Below are positions 21,399 to 31,530 of a DNA stretch of 64,000 nt, one piece after another. The notes beneath the pieces were generated by a model that made no database searches, was not told where the DNA came from, and saw only the letters and a program-made list of their open reading frames with translations. This DNA is from Armatimonadota bacterium (lineage in GTDB: Bacteria > Armatimonadota > UBA5829 > DSUL01), in NCBI GenBank assembly GCA_039811685.1, contig JBDHZC010000005.1, positions 143,150 to 207,149 of the forward strand, in the 5' to 3' direction. Numbering within the stretch: the stretch's first letter is position 1; every line of letters starts with the position of its first letter. The translations under genes were made by a program, and so were the position numbers.

Positions 21399-23741
21399 TC
21401 ACAGCCCTGCGTCGCTGCTGACGGCTCGCAGCAGACGCACCGGCTTTCCGTTGATCAGCGTTGCGCCCATAGCCCCTGTTACGCGGACAAAGGCGCCCAT
21501 TTCAGGCAGCGCCAATCCGCCTGCTTGAACGCGCACGCCTCCTGGCCCACTGCCGTCGTCCAGAGCAGAACCGTCGTCCAGGTAGAAGAAGCCACCGGAG
21601 GAGTCAACGGAGGTGACCCGGCCAGACAGCGTGACCAGCAGGCCGACGTTGGAGAGGCCGACGGCGTTGCTATTGCTTGTGGCGTCATTCAGCAGGGCGG
21701 GCTGTGCGCCGAAAGACTCGCCACCGGACATGTAATTGTTCACTGTGAGAGCTGTGGGAACGGCGCCGGGATGAGCGTCCAGCAGTGTCCCCGTCACAAC
21801 CAGTTCTCCGTTAACCAGATCCGTGGGACCAGCAACTGCCACGCGGTCGCCCGGCTGAACCTGGGCTGAGCTGACAACGGCGATCCCGGCAGACCGGTCT
21901 TCGTTCTGTACGTAGAATCTGCCTGCAAAGATGGAAGAGACCACCACCTTGTCCAGAATGACGTAGGAGCGAAGAGGACGAAGCTTCGCCTCGGAGATTG
22001 TCTGTGGCGGCGGAGTCTTTCGGATTCCGTCGGAATAGCCTTTCGGGCTCCAATGGCCTTGAGCGTCCTTTGCGCGCACGGAGAAATAGTAAGTCGTTCC
22101 GCTTATCAGGTTCAACCCCGTGCGCTCAACGGATTGCGCAGGCCCAACGCTCTCCCACGCAGTGATGTTTGCAAGCCCCGGAGCTGTGCCAATGGCATAC
22201 TCGTAATCCACAATCGGCTGTGCTCCGCCTGTCGTTGTCCACTGAGCGCTCAAAGTATTGGCGCTCGATGTTATGGCTCCTTCATCGGTTACTGTTGGAG
22301 CTTTGGGGCAGGTGTAGAGCGTAATGTTGGACACCAGAGCGTGCCACTCCTCAGTTGGTTGCCCGTACGTAAAGCTGGTGTTAGTGAGCAGTCCAAGGGA
22401 TATCCAGTCCACGGGGTTCGCGCTCAGGTCAATTTCTACATAGTCGGTGCTGGTCCCGTACTTGTTGACCTGCCAGGCGTTTGTCTGTGCGGAGGTATCC
22501 ATGGCAAGCACGCACTTTGCGTTGTCGTAGTTGGTGCGATAGTTGAAGGCCACTTTGTAAATGGCCCCATCCTGCGGCGCAAACTTGCGCGCGCGCATAC
22601 TTTGAGCGGGATAGGCTGTTCCCTGGGTCAGGTAGAACTTGACGCCGGGCGCCGGCATCCTCTGCCCGATGTTGTTGTTCTGTGTCCAGCCCGGGCGGAT
22701 GTAGTCGGTGGTCTGGTCGTAGCTGAACGTGTACGGGTAGTGCGTGAAGCTGGCTCCGTCCGGCAGCTTTGCGATAGCCTGGTAGGCCTTTGCAAGCTGG
22801 TTCGGCTGTCCGTTGGCGTCAAACAGCTCACAGTTGTGGAAGGTGGCGTAGCGGTCACTTCGGGTGAAGAAGAGGAACCAGCGCTCCATCCAGGGCTGGT
22901 CGCGCATCCAGAGCGTCAGTCCGGACATCATATCGGCGGCTGCCGTCAATGAGTTTGTGATCAGGCTTCCGTATTCTGTGTTCCAGATCTTCAGCCCGGC
23001 AGTCTCCGGAAAAGTCTGCAGGTCGTCATAGCACGCCTGCATGTCGTCTCTGCACCACCGCCAGTCGTCAATGCCCGTGCCCCAGCCCAGATGGTAGGAA
23101 TGCAGAGAGAAGCCGTCCTGCGGTGGATAGTTGGTTCCGTTCACAGACTGACTGTAGGCTACACACGCTGGATCCGCAGCCCAGGCGTTTCGGAACGCCG
23201 TGTACCAGTTCTTGCCCGTCTGGTAGCAACTGGCGTTCGTAAATCGCCAGTCCAGAAGGCCCGGGCCAATGATCTTGCAGGTGGGATCCCCTATACGCAG
23301 ATTTTTGTGAAACTTAAGGTACTTCTGTGGGTACGTGCTCGCTGCTTCGTTGGCCTGCCCCCGGTCGTTCGGCTCATTGGACATCGCCCACCAGATGGTG
23401 CGGGTCGGATCGGCGGCTTTGGCGCCGGCGGCCAAGGCCTGTATCTGAGCATCCGTGTACGTCCCTGCGAGAGTCCAGAACATATACAGCCGCTGGTAGC
23501 CCGGCCAGAACAGCGTCAGCCCCGCAACGGCGTTGCTTGTCAGATTCGGTGAGTAATTGTACCACCACGCGCAGTTCAAAGGATCGAAGAACTGCGGTCC
23601 CTGCATGGGCATTACGGGACCATTCCAGCCGCTGGTGTCAGTCGCAACGACACCGAAGCGCTGGTCATAGGTTGCCGGATCATCCGCCAGAGAAGCCCCG
23701 GCTACCAGCAGTGCCGCCAGAAACACTGTTACTAGACGCAT
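21399..23741 (-). CDS. secreted clan GH-A-like glycoside hydrolase with FN3-like domain and C-terminal tandem OB-like module
   Basis: signal peptide, WWYNY, NEP acid/base, HSY, IWNTEYG nucleophile, YEYAIGT...YYFSVRA. Confidence 0.75.
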   Translation of the reverse strand: MRLVTVFLAALLVAGASLADDPATYDQRFGVVATDTSGWNGPVMPMQGPQFFDPLNCAWWYNYSPNLTSNAVAGLTLFWPGYQRLYMFWTLAGTYTDAQIQALAAGAKAADPTRTIWWAMSNEPNDRGQANEAASTYPQKYLKFHKNLRIGDPTCKIIGPGLLDWRFTNASCYQTGKNWYTAFRNAWAADPACVAYSQSVNGTNYPPQDGFSLHSYHLGWGTGIDDWRWCRDDMQACYDDLQTFPETAGLKIWNTEYGSLITNSLTAAADMMSGLTLWMRDQPWMERWFLFFTRSDRYATFHNCELFDANGQPNQLAKAYQAIAKLPDGASFTHYPYTFSYDQTTDYIRPGWTQNNNIGQRMPAPGVKFYLTQGTAYPAQSMRARKFAPQDGAIYKVAFNYRTNYDNAKCVLAMDTSAQTNAWQVNKYGTSTDYVEIDLSANPVDWISLGLLTNTSFTYGQPTEEWHALVSNITLYTCPKAPTVTDEGAITSSANTLSAQWTTTGGAQPIVDYEYAIGTAPGLANITAWESVGPAQSVERTGLNLISGTTYYFSVRAKDAQGHWSPKGYSDGIRKTPPPQTISEAKLRPLRSYVILDKVVVSSIFAGRFYVQNEDRSAGIAVVSSAQVQPGDRVAVAGPTDLVNGELVVTGTLLDAHPGAVPTALTVNNYMSGGESFGAQPALLNDATSNSNAVGLSNVGLLVTLSGRVTSVDSSGGFFYLDDGSALDDGSGPGGVRVQAGGLALPEMGAFVRVTGAMGATLINGKPVRLLRAVSSDAGL

Positions 23742-23995
23742 CCTATCTAACCTTTCACATCAGCTTAGGCCGCGCGCGGGCTCAGCCTGACTCACCTCAT
23801 TCTACCGCACGACAGCGGATTTTGGAACTGGTAATTGAGAATTGATGGCAGCGTTACTGGCGGGCTGGAATACGGGAGGCTTTGGTCGCAGAAACCGTGC
23901 GACGCACCCGCCGCAGCGCCAGCGCGCCCAGCGCTAGCGGAAGGGCGGCGCTTGGTTCGGGAACCAGGGCCGGTGCCGTGTACCCGGGAGAGGCT

Positions 23996-26182
23996 TCAGG
24001 AGAACAGATCCAGGCTCTGCTGGCCGTCCAACTCCTGCTTGATGGGCCCTCGCGGACTGGGGCAGAGAAGCTCGAAGCGATCCTCCAGGGCTGGCGCAAG
24101 GCGCTGTGCGAACTTGTACAGCTTGTCCTCAAGGTACTCACGGTCTTCATCCGAGGCGTAGTCTTCAAGGCGCGCCAGCGTCCCGTCCAGCCGCCGGTAG
24201 AGCCGCACGTACTCCCCGCGCTCCGCGCCCTGCAGCGCTTTCTGCGCCCGTTGAAGCGAGCGCCCCTGCAGGCTCTTCTCCGTTACGCGCTCGCGTCGGG
24301 CGAACTCCTCCGGCCTCAGCTCTCCGCGATGAATGCGGCGCAGGCACGCCATGTACAGCGCTTTGATCTCTTCCGTGCGGCCGTCCGCTATCAGGTCTAC
24401 GGCTTCCGTGAGAAACTGCTGCCCAAAGCGCTCATCGGCGCGCGAGCGCAGCGCCGCTCCCCGGTAAATGCGCCGCCCATCATAGCCCAGCAACACATAG
24501 TTCTTGACCTTCAGAGAGATCATCGCCTTCCAGCGTCCGTCATGCGCCAGATGGATGGCCTCCGGCAGAACGCGGGCGACGCTTCGGATATAGTCCTCTT
24601 CTTCAGCTTCGGACACCGCCTCCCGGGGAGGCTGGAAATACACGCCGTCCGTGTCCACTTCGATAACAGAGCTGCCGGTGCGCTCCAGCTCAGCCTCGAC
24701 CGCCCGGATGATCTCCTGTCCGCCCAGTGTGACGCGCTCGGCGGCGTCAGGGTCGTTGAACAGAGAGTTCGTGCCCAGATAGCCGTAAAATGAGTTGATG
24801 AGGATCTTGAAGGACGCCTGAAGCCCGTCCCAGTAGGTGCGCTCGGCGCCCTGCGTGGCTGCCTTCCGGGCCTTGGCGTCCAGACGGCGGCGGGTCAACT
24901 CTCTCAAGAGCGGCAGGAAGACGCCGAGAGTATCTGAGGATGGAGCGATGTTGCGCGAGAGCATGAGGCTCGGATACAGGCTCTCGACGTCGGCCTTCAC
25001 CACGCGCTCAATCAGCCCCGTGCGCTTCAGCTCTGTGTAGCCGCCTGTTACGGTGCGCCCTGGCTTCGGCACGGGCAGCGCGCGTCTCTGACGCAGGTAT
25101 TCGCGCACAAGCAGCAGATTGATCTTCTCGCCCGTGCCGCCCGTAGCATTGGCCTGATAGGTGTCGGGGACCATCTGGCTGACGTAGAAGTCCGGGGGCA
25201 TCACAATCCGCGCAAGCTCACCCGTTTCGTACACGTCCTGCAGAGCGTAGGCTTTGACGCGCTCGGGATCTTCGCGCCAGAGCCGCTCCATGTTCTTGGC
25301 GTCCAGATAGACCCTGTCTTCCGGCGCAATCCCAAGCTGGATGGCGACGTCTTTCAGCCCGTGGCTGGTAAGCTCACCGCGCGCCACGTCGTAGCGCTGC
25401 ACTCCAAGCAGGGTGTCAATGATGGAGCGCCCCTGAATGTGCACGGGAATGTAGGGGCGCGTGATGCCGCCGAAGGGCATGTTGCGCTCCTGTCCGAAGC
25501 AGGGCAGGCTGAGGTCCCGGCCCCAGCGCATCTCTGCGCCGCACGCCTCAGCCCGCGCCGCAAGAAACGGCATATCGAAAGAGTAGAAGTTGTGCCCTTC
25601 GATGATGTCCGGATCGCGCTCGGCGATAATGGCGTTCAGGCGCTCGAAAATCTCCGGCTCATCGCCCGCGACCGCCTCCTGAAATCCCCTGTTGTCCGAC
25701 ACCGCGACCATCAGGCACTTGGCTCCGGGACTGCGCGGTCCCAGCGCGTTCGTCTCGATGTCAATCTGCATGCGGCGTGGGCCGTCAAAAGCCATCCCCT
25801 TGAAAAATGTGATGCCAGTCGAGATGAGAAACTGCCGCTGGAGAGATGGGTAGGCCACGATACCGGCGTGTGCCTCGCGCAGAGCGTCGCGTGCGCTATG
25901 AAAGTCGTCCTCGCCGTCAAACTGATAAAGCCAGCAGTGCCCTGTGCCGTCCAGATGCGTCACATCGCCAGGCGCTTCGCTCAACTGTTGAGCGCTGAGC
26001 AGCCAAGGGCGCCACGGGACTTCATCAACTTCGAGCTCATCGTTTATACGCCGGTAGAGAAGCGCAACTGGAGTCCGGGCTTCCAGTCCGACGACGCCCT
26101 CCAGAGTGTTGGCTCCGGATAGAGCAGGATTAGCTGATGCTTTGTCGTCAAGCGCCATCTCAGAATCGTTGTAACTGTCCAT
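23996..26182 (-). CDS. polB: family B DNA polymerase with 3'-5' exonuclease domain
   Basis: DIET, HNFYSFD, YALQD exonuclease motifs; DVESLYPS, KILINSFYGYLG, DTDG polymerase motifs. Confidence 0.92.
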   Translation of the reverse strand: MDSYNDSEMALDDKASANPALSGANTLEGVVGLEARTPVALLYRRINDELEVDEVPWRPWLLSAQQLSEAPGDVTHLDGTGHCWLYQFDGEDDFHSARDALREAHAGIVAYPSLQRQFLISTGITFFKGMAFDGPRRMQIDIETNALGPRSPGAKCLMVAVSDNRGFQEAVAGDEPEIFERLNAIIAERDPDIIEGHNFYSFDMPFLAARAEACGAEMRWGRDLSLPCFGQERNMPFGGITRPYIPVHIQGRSIIDTLLGVQRYDVARGELTSHGLKDVAIQLGIAPEDRVYLDAKNMERLWREDPERVKAYALQDVYETGELARIVMPPDFYVSQMVPDTYQANATGGTGEKINLLLVREYLRQRRALPVPKPGRTVTGGYTELKRTGLIERVVKADVESLYPSLMLSRNIAPSSDTLGVFLPLLRELTRRRLDAKARKAATQGAERTYWDGLQASFKILINSFYGYLGTNSLFNDPDAAERVTLGGQEIIRAVEAELERTGSSVIEVDTDGVYFQPPREAVSEAEEEDYIRSVARVLPEAIHLAHDGRWKAMISLKVKNYVLLGYDGRRIYRGAALRSRADERFGQQFLTEAVDLIADGRTEEIKALYMACLRRIHRGELRPEEFARRERVTEKSLQGRSLQRAQKALQGAERGEYVRLYRRLDGTLARLEDYASDEDREYLEDKLYKFAQRLAPALEDRFELLCPSPRGPIKQELDGQQSLDLFS

Positions 26183-26711
26183 GAATATCTTCTGTTTGAG
26201 AGCCTTCGGGTAGCGTCACCTGTCACGGCTATTGATGCTTTACTGATGGCCTGTCCCGCCGCAGTTCTGCTCAAGTGAGTGCCTGCTGGGCCATATTCCG
26301 TAACTCAACACGCCGAATTTTGTGCGGATTTCCGGTCCAAATGGAACACGGGTATTGCCTCAGTCGTTCTACATGTAACGCTGAGCGGGCAGTTTTTGTT
26401 AGTAGAGCTGCCACTAAGTGTTATGTTCATTTGAAAAGACTCCGGTTCAATTTGTAAGCTCGGAGTGCAGGGTGAGGCAATGGGTCTGGAGTCTCGCTTT
26501 CATCCGCTCCTGAAAGTGTATGCTCCAACGCCTGCGCAGCAGTGAACACGTGGTCATTGTCTTGCAGGCGACGATCGTGGCCGCCGTCGGGATGACTTCT
26601 GGAGATGTAAGTCTGGGGAGGAAGCCATCGGAATTATCATTTCTACTTATTTCCCTTCCCACCTTCTTCCAGCGGTCCGCCTGTACGAGCTTCAAAGAGG
26701 AGGCGGTTTGC

Positions 26712-27599
26712 ATGGCAGCGAAGCGCGTAAGAACTTATCAGGAGCACGATAGCTCCTGCGCCCACAAACGCGTCGAGCTTGACCCCACAGATGCTTACCT
26801 CAACCAGATAGGACAATCCCGTCTTCTGACCCGGCAGGAAGAGTTGGATCTTGCGCGCCGGGTGCGGGTTGGTGACGAGTTGGCTCGCAGACGTCTGGTG
26901 GAGAGTAATCTGAGGCTGGTTGTCAGTGTGGCAAAGGGATACCTGCGGAGTGGGTTGCCCTTTGGAGACTTGATTCAGGAAGGAAATCTCGGTCTGATCA
27001 AGGCGACAGAAGCCTTCGACTGGCAGAGAGGGTTCCGGTTCAGCACTTATGCGGTAGCGTGGATTCGGCAATCCATTTCGCGCGCGATTGAGAAGCAGAG
27101 CAGGTGTATTCGCCTGCCGTCCTACGTTATCCAAACTCTCCGGCGCCTCAGCCGGGAGCAGGAGAGACTGTCTCAGGAACTCGCCAGGGATCCTGTCCCT
27201 GAGGAGCTGGCACAGCGGGTAGGTTTGTCGTCAGACAAAGTCCGGAGGATGCTGCGCGCGCAGGATCTTGTGCTTTCGCTCGATGACAGGGCCAGTGATG
27301 ACGACGAAATGCCGAGTATTCTCGAGAGTGTGCCGGGGTCTGACGATCCCGCTGTTCTGGCGCTGGAGGATGAGGCGGATGACTATCTGATGCGTTTGCT
27401 TGGCGTTCTGTCGGCCAAAGAGCGAACAGTTATTGATTGCCGGTTTGGTCTTTCCGGCGACCAGAAGATGACATTGCGGGAGGTGGGAGAGCTGTTGAAT
27501 CTGACACGTGAGCGCGTCCGGCAAATTGAGACCAAAGCCTTGCAGAAGATGCGGATGGCGGCGGGCAGATACGCATTGCGGCACTATTACAGTGCTTAG
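26712..27599 (+). CDS. sigma-70 family RNA polymerase sigma factor (RpoD/RpoS-like, no region 1.1)
   Basis: [44 protein letters not shown]; GAGGAGG RBS before ATG 26712. Confidence 0.93.
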   Translation: MAAKRVRTYQEHDSSCAHKRVELDPTDAYLNQIGQSRLLTRQEELDLARRVRVGDELARRRLVESNLRLVVSVAKGYLRSGLPFGDLIQEGNLGLIKATEAFDWQRGFRFSTYAVAWIRQSISRAIEKQSRCIRLPSYVIQTLRRLSREQERLSQELARDPVPEELAQRVGLSSDKVRRMLRAQDLVLSLDDRASDDDEMPSILESVPGSDDPAVLALEDEADDYLMRLLGVLSAKERTVIDCRFGLSGDQKMTLREVGELLNLTRERVRQIETKALQKMRMAAGRYALRHYYSA

Positions 27600-27610
27600 T
27601 AAGGAAGAGT

Positions 27611-27874
27611 ATGAGCAGCGAAACGGAAAAGGAAGGCGCTTTCGAAGCGCCTTCGGAATCAACGCATAAGAAGCGCACAAACCTGCTGACTGAGCGTGAA
27701 GTCGAGATACTCAAGCTTATCTTTGCTGGCAATCCATCCAGTGACGTCGCACGGGCGCTATGTGTCTCAAAGAGAACTGTTGACTTCCACCTGAGCAAGG
27801 CTTACGGAAAGCTGGGCGTGTCCAACCGCGTTCAGGCGTTCAAGAAGGTAACGGAGTTGGGACTGGTCCTTTAG
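27611..27874 (+). CDS. stand-alone LuxR-family HTH regulator
   Basis: LTEREVEIL...VARALCVSKRTVDFHL...KLGVSNR. Confidence 0.9.
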   Translation: MSSETEKEGAFEAPSESTHKKRTNLLTEREVEILKLIFAGNPSSDVARALCVSKRTVDFHLSKAYGKLGVSNRVQAFKKVTELGLVL

Positions 27875-27904
27875 GACTTTGTTTCACTTGACTGGCATTG
27901 CGCG

Positions 27905-27929
27905 GGCGGCTCTTCGGAGCCGCCTTTTT
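27905..27929 (+). terminator. intrinsic terminator
   Basis: GGCGGCTC-TTCG-GAGCCGCC followed by T-tract. Confidence 0.85.
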
Positions 27930-28078
27930 GCTTTTTGCGAAGAGTCCCCGTGGTAATACCTGAATTTGCTGAGGTTGCTCCCGCGCAACCAGTGGCGTGG
28001 TATCATGAGGCTGCATGGTCTGTGTGTGTCGAATCCGGAGTGGGCAAGACCCACGCGTAGTGGTCAAGTTTGCTCCGG

Positions 28079-28130
28079 CAGAATTTACTGAAAATTCTGT
28101 GTTGACAATGACACAGCGCCATGTTAGGAT
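28079..28130 (+). promoter_or_regulatory. sigma70 promoter with adjacent inverted repeat
   Basis: TTGACA (28102-28107)-17 bp-TAGGAT (28125-28130) with TG extension; CAGAATTT-N5-AAATTCTG at 28079-28099. Confidence 0.75.
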
Positions 28131-28136
28131 TTAGTT

Positions 28137-28260
28137 ACCAGCATACGCACTGTCTGGATATCGGCGAAGGTTAGAGCACGATTACACGCTTCGGTTTCCG
28201 TAATTGGCTCATCTAACCAGGCTTCTATCCCACCGGTCCAGATGGCGTATCGGTTTTTTT
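28137..28260 (+). ncRNA. putative rod-shaped structured RNA or attenuator, family not recognised
   Basis: nested pairings ATACG/CGTAT, CTGTCTGGA/TCCAGATGG, GGTTAGA/TCTAACC, CGATTAC/GTAATTG; ends in T7; begins right after promoter. Confidence 0.55.
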
Positions 28261-28555
28261 CCCTGAGTGAGGGTCCGTTTGTCAGGCTGGCCTTGTTACA
28301 CTGCTATGTGTGCAGCGCAAGGTTAGTAAGGGACAGTGGACGGCCGCGAACAACCACGGCGCTGCTGGCTGCCTGACACTTGTCTGCTGCTATTTTAGCG
28401 GGGAAGACAACCCTCGGTTCGCGACTGGCGGACGAGTTGGGTTCTTACGAAGGGGTAAGAGGCTAAGCTGGTTCGGATCCTCCAGCTATATTTTTGGCTG
28501 GGACATCCAGATCAGTCAGATCTGACTTAACAAGCAGAAGGAGGACTCTCAACAA

Positions 28556-29317
28556 ATGAACAGGATGCTTACTGTTTCCTGCTTGGCCGGCATCTTGGTT
28601 TCTGCAATTGCCATCGGCGCACAGGCAAGCCAGGACAACTGGAATGTCAAGTTCCAGGGCGGAACTGCGTTTACCACTATCCCGACGGACTCGGCCGGCG
28701 CAGCGTTCGCCTTTAGCAGCACATTGGCCGGCATTGTGGATGACACTAGCGTACTCGACCCAAAGGACGGTAAAACTACACCATCCGCAATGCAGCCCGT
28801 TGTAGCGACTGCCTGGTATCGTCCAGCGTGGACAAAGAACGACCCAACAGACAACCAAGCTGCTCCTTGGGCTTTTCAGCAGGACTATCGCACGCCGCTG
28901 ACGAATGCGCCGCAATACATTAAGGTGTGGGAAGATCTGGTTCTGTGGACCACATTCGGGTGGAACGCTACGGAGAATCCGACGATCAATCTCTATGTGA
29001 CACCCGCGACTGGGGCCAACGCACCACCTACAGCTATCAATGGTCAGCCGATCATCTTCAAAGTTGTGATGACTCAGAGCCCCGCAGGTTACGATGGGCC
29101 GAGAGAGTGGACGATCAATTCCAGTGGTATGACGACAATCGGACCGCTGACCTCTGTCGGAACCTCGGCGAGTAATCCGATCTCTGGAAGCGGCCCACTG
29201 GCTGCTACCCAGAACGCTGGTTATCGCTTCAACTTCGTGACTCCTGAGCCTGGTAGCATTCTGGCTCTGGGCGCCGGACTGGTTGGCTTTGCCGGCCTGC
29301 TTCGCCGCCGCAGCTAA
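28556..29317 (+). CDS. PEP-CTERM sorting domain protein
   Basis: signal peptide; C-terminus TPEPGSILALGAGLVGFAGLLRRRS; AAGGAGG RBS. Confidence 0.92.
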   Translation: MNRMLTVSCLAGILVSAIAIGAQASQDNWNVKFQGGTAFTTIPTDSAGAAFAFSSTLAGIVDDTSVLDPKDGKTTPSAMQPVVATAWYRPAWTKNDPTDNQAAPWAFQQDYRTPLTNAPQYIKVWEDLVLWTTFGWNATENPTINLYVTPATGANAPPTAINGQPIIFKVVMTQSPAGYDGPREWTINSSGMTTIGPLTSVGTSASNPISGSGPLAATQNAGYRFNFVTPEPGSILALGAGLVGFAGLLRRRS

Positions 29318-29353
29318 GCTCACTTAGCGCGAGTCAAATATCCAGTTGAACTC

Positions 29354-29384
29354 AGCCGCCCCGGATATTCCGGGGCGGCTTTTT
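29354..29384 (+). terminator. intrinsic terminator
   Basis: AGCCGCCCCGGA-TAT-TCCGGGGCGGCT then T-tract. Confidence 0.85.
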
Positions 29385-29597
29385 CTATGTAATCGGGTTG
29401 GGGTAATCTGGCGCAATAACGCCGGGTCACCCGGCGATAGTGACACCTTGACCTTGTTCTGGCCAGCTCCTGATTTCGTGCCCGGCGTGGTATAATGCCG
29501 CCTGAGCTCGTGTTGCGAGGTCGCAGACGCGTTGAGCGCCGCCCAAGCGCGGGTGCGTCGCGCTAGTCTGGTGAATCCATCCGTCGAGGAGGTCGGT

Positions 29598-31406
29598 GTG
29601 TTGAATACAGTAGTCGTCGTTGCCATTGCTGTCTGCGCTCTGGGTCTGGTTGGGAAACCGTCTCAAGGCGCAAAGGAGATTCAGCTTACAACCGCTGGGA
29701 ATACCGACTACGTGGTTGTCCTCGGACGAGGCGCCACTCCCTCGGAGAAGCACGGGGCGCAAGAGCTTGCGCGCTTTCTCAAACAGATGTCCGGAGCTGA
29801 GTTTCAGCTCAAAGCTGAAGAGGCAGTGTTGCCGCAGAAGTGTCTCTTCGTCGGCCACGGCCCTACGGCTGAAGATATGCTTGGCGCTGGCGCTTTGCGA
29901 GGGTTGGGCAGTGACGGGCTGGTAGTGAAAGCTGTGGGGGATCGGATCGTCCTCAGCGGGGGTGCTGAGCGCGGGACGATGTATGCGTGCTACAGTCTGC
30001 TGGAGGACGTGCTGGGCTGCCGGTGGTACTCCAGCACAGTCAGCGTCATTCCGAAGAAGCTGACAATTCGCATCCCTGCGAACATCAATCGGCGCGAGAT
30101 TCCTGCCTTTGAAAACCGCGACCCGTTCTACACAGATGCTTTTGACGCCGATTGGGCGGCGCGCAACCGTTCAACTTCCAGCGCTTCCAGGCTGGATAAA
30201 AAGCGCGGAGGCAAAATAGCCTACTGGCCGTTTGTGCACTCGTTCAACCTCCTCGTGCCGCCACAAGACTATTTCGACTCCCATCCTGAGTATTTTTCTC
30301 TGGTGAACGGCCAGCGCCAGAAGGACTATTCTCAGCTCTGTCTTACGAATCCAGATGTTGTGCGGATCGCTACAGCGCAGGTTATGAAGTGGATTGACGA
30401 GCACCCGGAGGCCAAAATCATCTCCGTTTCACAGAATGACTGGGGCGGGGCGTGTCAGTGTGAGAAGTGTCAGGCTATCGTCAAGGCTGAAGGCTCCGAA
30501 AGCGGTCCGCTGCTTGCGTTTGTGAATCAGGTAGCCGAGCAGGTAGCGCGTAAGCATCCGGACAAGCTCATAGACACCCTTGCCTACCAGTACACCAAAG
30601 ATCCTCCGAAGACCATCAAGCCACTGCCAAACGTGCGCGTCCGGCTGTGTCCCATTGAAGCGTGCGTCGGGCACCCGTTCGAAGAGTGCGAGCAGAACAA
30701 GCTGTTCGTAGATCTGCTCCGGAAGTGGAGCAGCCTGACCGGCAACCTCTATGTCTGGCACTATGTGACAAACTTCGCGAACTACATGCAACCCGTTCCG
30801 AACTTCAAAGAGCTGGAAGCAGATATTCCGATGTACCACCGGATGGGTGTGAAAGGCCTGATGCTCCAGGGTAACTATCAGGAGGGGGGCAACGGGGAGT
30901 TCTCCGAGATGCGGGCGTGGGTGGAGGCGAAGATGCTGTGGGACCCGTCCCGGGACTTCGATGCGCTGGTGGGCGACTTTCTGGCTGGCTATTACGGCCC
31001 GGCCGCGCCCGCGCTGCGCAAGTACTACGACCTGATGCACTCCAGGGTAATGGATAACCACATCCACGTGCATATCTACGATCCCCCCAGCGCTCCCTAT
31101 CTGGATAGTGAGACGCTTGCGGCAGCGGAAGGGTGCTTCGAGGAGGCGCAAAGAGCGGCCCGGATACATCCCGAGTATCTCAGGCGTGTGAAGCGCGATG
31201 CTCTGTCGTTGCGCTATGTGCGGTTGTGTCAGGACAAGGCAGCGTGGGAGCAGTCCGGAAAAAACGCGGAACAGGCTGCGGGCCTGTGGCGGCGGACGAA
31301 GGAGTTTTGTGAAGAGTTCGCCTCCTACGGCGCGGTGTGGATTCGCGAAGGTCAGAGGCTGGATGCCTGGGAGAAGGAGTGGCAGGCACAGCTTGCCACG
31401 AATTAG
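29598..31406 (+). CDS. secreted DUF4838-family putative glycoside hydrolase
   Basis: signal peptide, RGTMYACYSLLEDVLGCRW, HSF, HPEYFSL, QLCLTNP, SQND, TLAYQ, KMLWDP; GAGGAGG RBS. Confidence 0.8.
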   Translation: MLNTVVVVAIAVCALGLVGKPSQGAKEIQLTTAGNTDYVVVLGRGATPSEKHGAQELARFLKQMSGAEFQLKAEEAVLPQKCLFVGHGPTAEDMLGAGALRGLGSDGLVVKAVGDRIVLSGGAERGTMYACYSLLEDVLGCRWYSSTVSVIPKKLTIRIPANINRREIPAFENRDPFYTDAFDADWAARNRSTSSASRLDKKRGGKIAYWPFVHSFNLLVPPQDYFDSHPEYFSLVNGQRQKDYSQLCLTNPDVVRIATAQVMKWIDEHPEAKIISVSQNDWGGACQCEKCQAIVKAEGSESGPLLAFVNQVAEQVARKHPDKLIDTLAYQYTKDPPKTIKPLPNVRVRLCPIEACVGHPFEECEQNKLFVDLLRKWSSLTGNLYVWHYVTNFANYMQPVPNFKELEADIPMYHRMGVKGLMLQGNYQEGGNGEFSEMRAWVEAKMLWDPSRDFDALVGDFLAGYYGPAAPALRKYYDLMHSRVMDNHIHVHIYDPPSAPYLDSETLAAAEGCFEEAQRAARIHPEYLRRVKRDALSLRYVRLCQDKAAWEQSGKNAEQAAGLWRRTKEFCEEFASYGAVWIREGQRLDAWEKEWQAQLATN

Positions 31407-31456
31407 CAAGCTAAGTATTCTTGGCAAGCCAAGCCTTCTTGGCAAGCCAAGCCTTC
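31400..31456. repeat. 18-bp tandem repeat (two exact copies plus one degenerate)
   Basis: TTCTTGGCAAGCCAAGCC at 31418-31435 and 31436-31453; degenerate copy at 31400-31417. Confidence 0.85.
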
Positions 31457-31530
31457 ATCAGGCGACCATGAGTGCTGCTGCGCCGTGTGAAGCTGCCGCG
31501 CGCCTGCACCCAGGTAAGGTTCGATCTGCG

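Noticed and set aside
26520-26711. N-terminal extension of the sigma factor ORF
   Set aside because: Strong GAGGAGG RBS supports ATG 26712; extension does not resemble region 1.1
28440-28490. GGTTCGGATCC resembling a tRNA/tmRNA T-loop
   Set aside because: No cloverleaf, acceptor stem or CCA end
28463-29323. 286-aa minus-strand ORF
   Set aside because: Antisense to a clear PEP-CTERM gene with RBS and terminator
31400-31456. possible CRISPR array
   Set aside because: Units are contiguous without spacers and no cas genes are present
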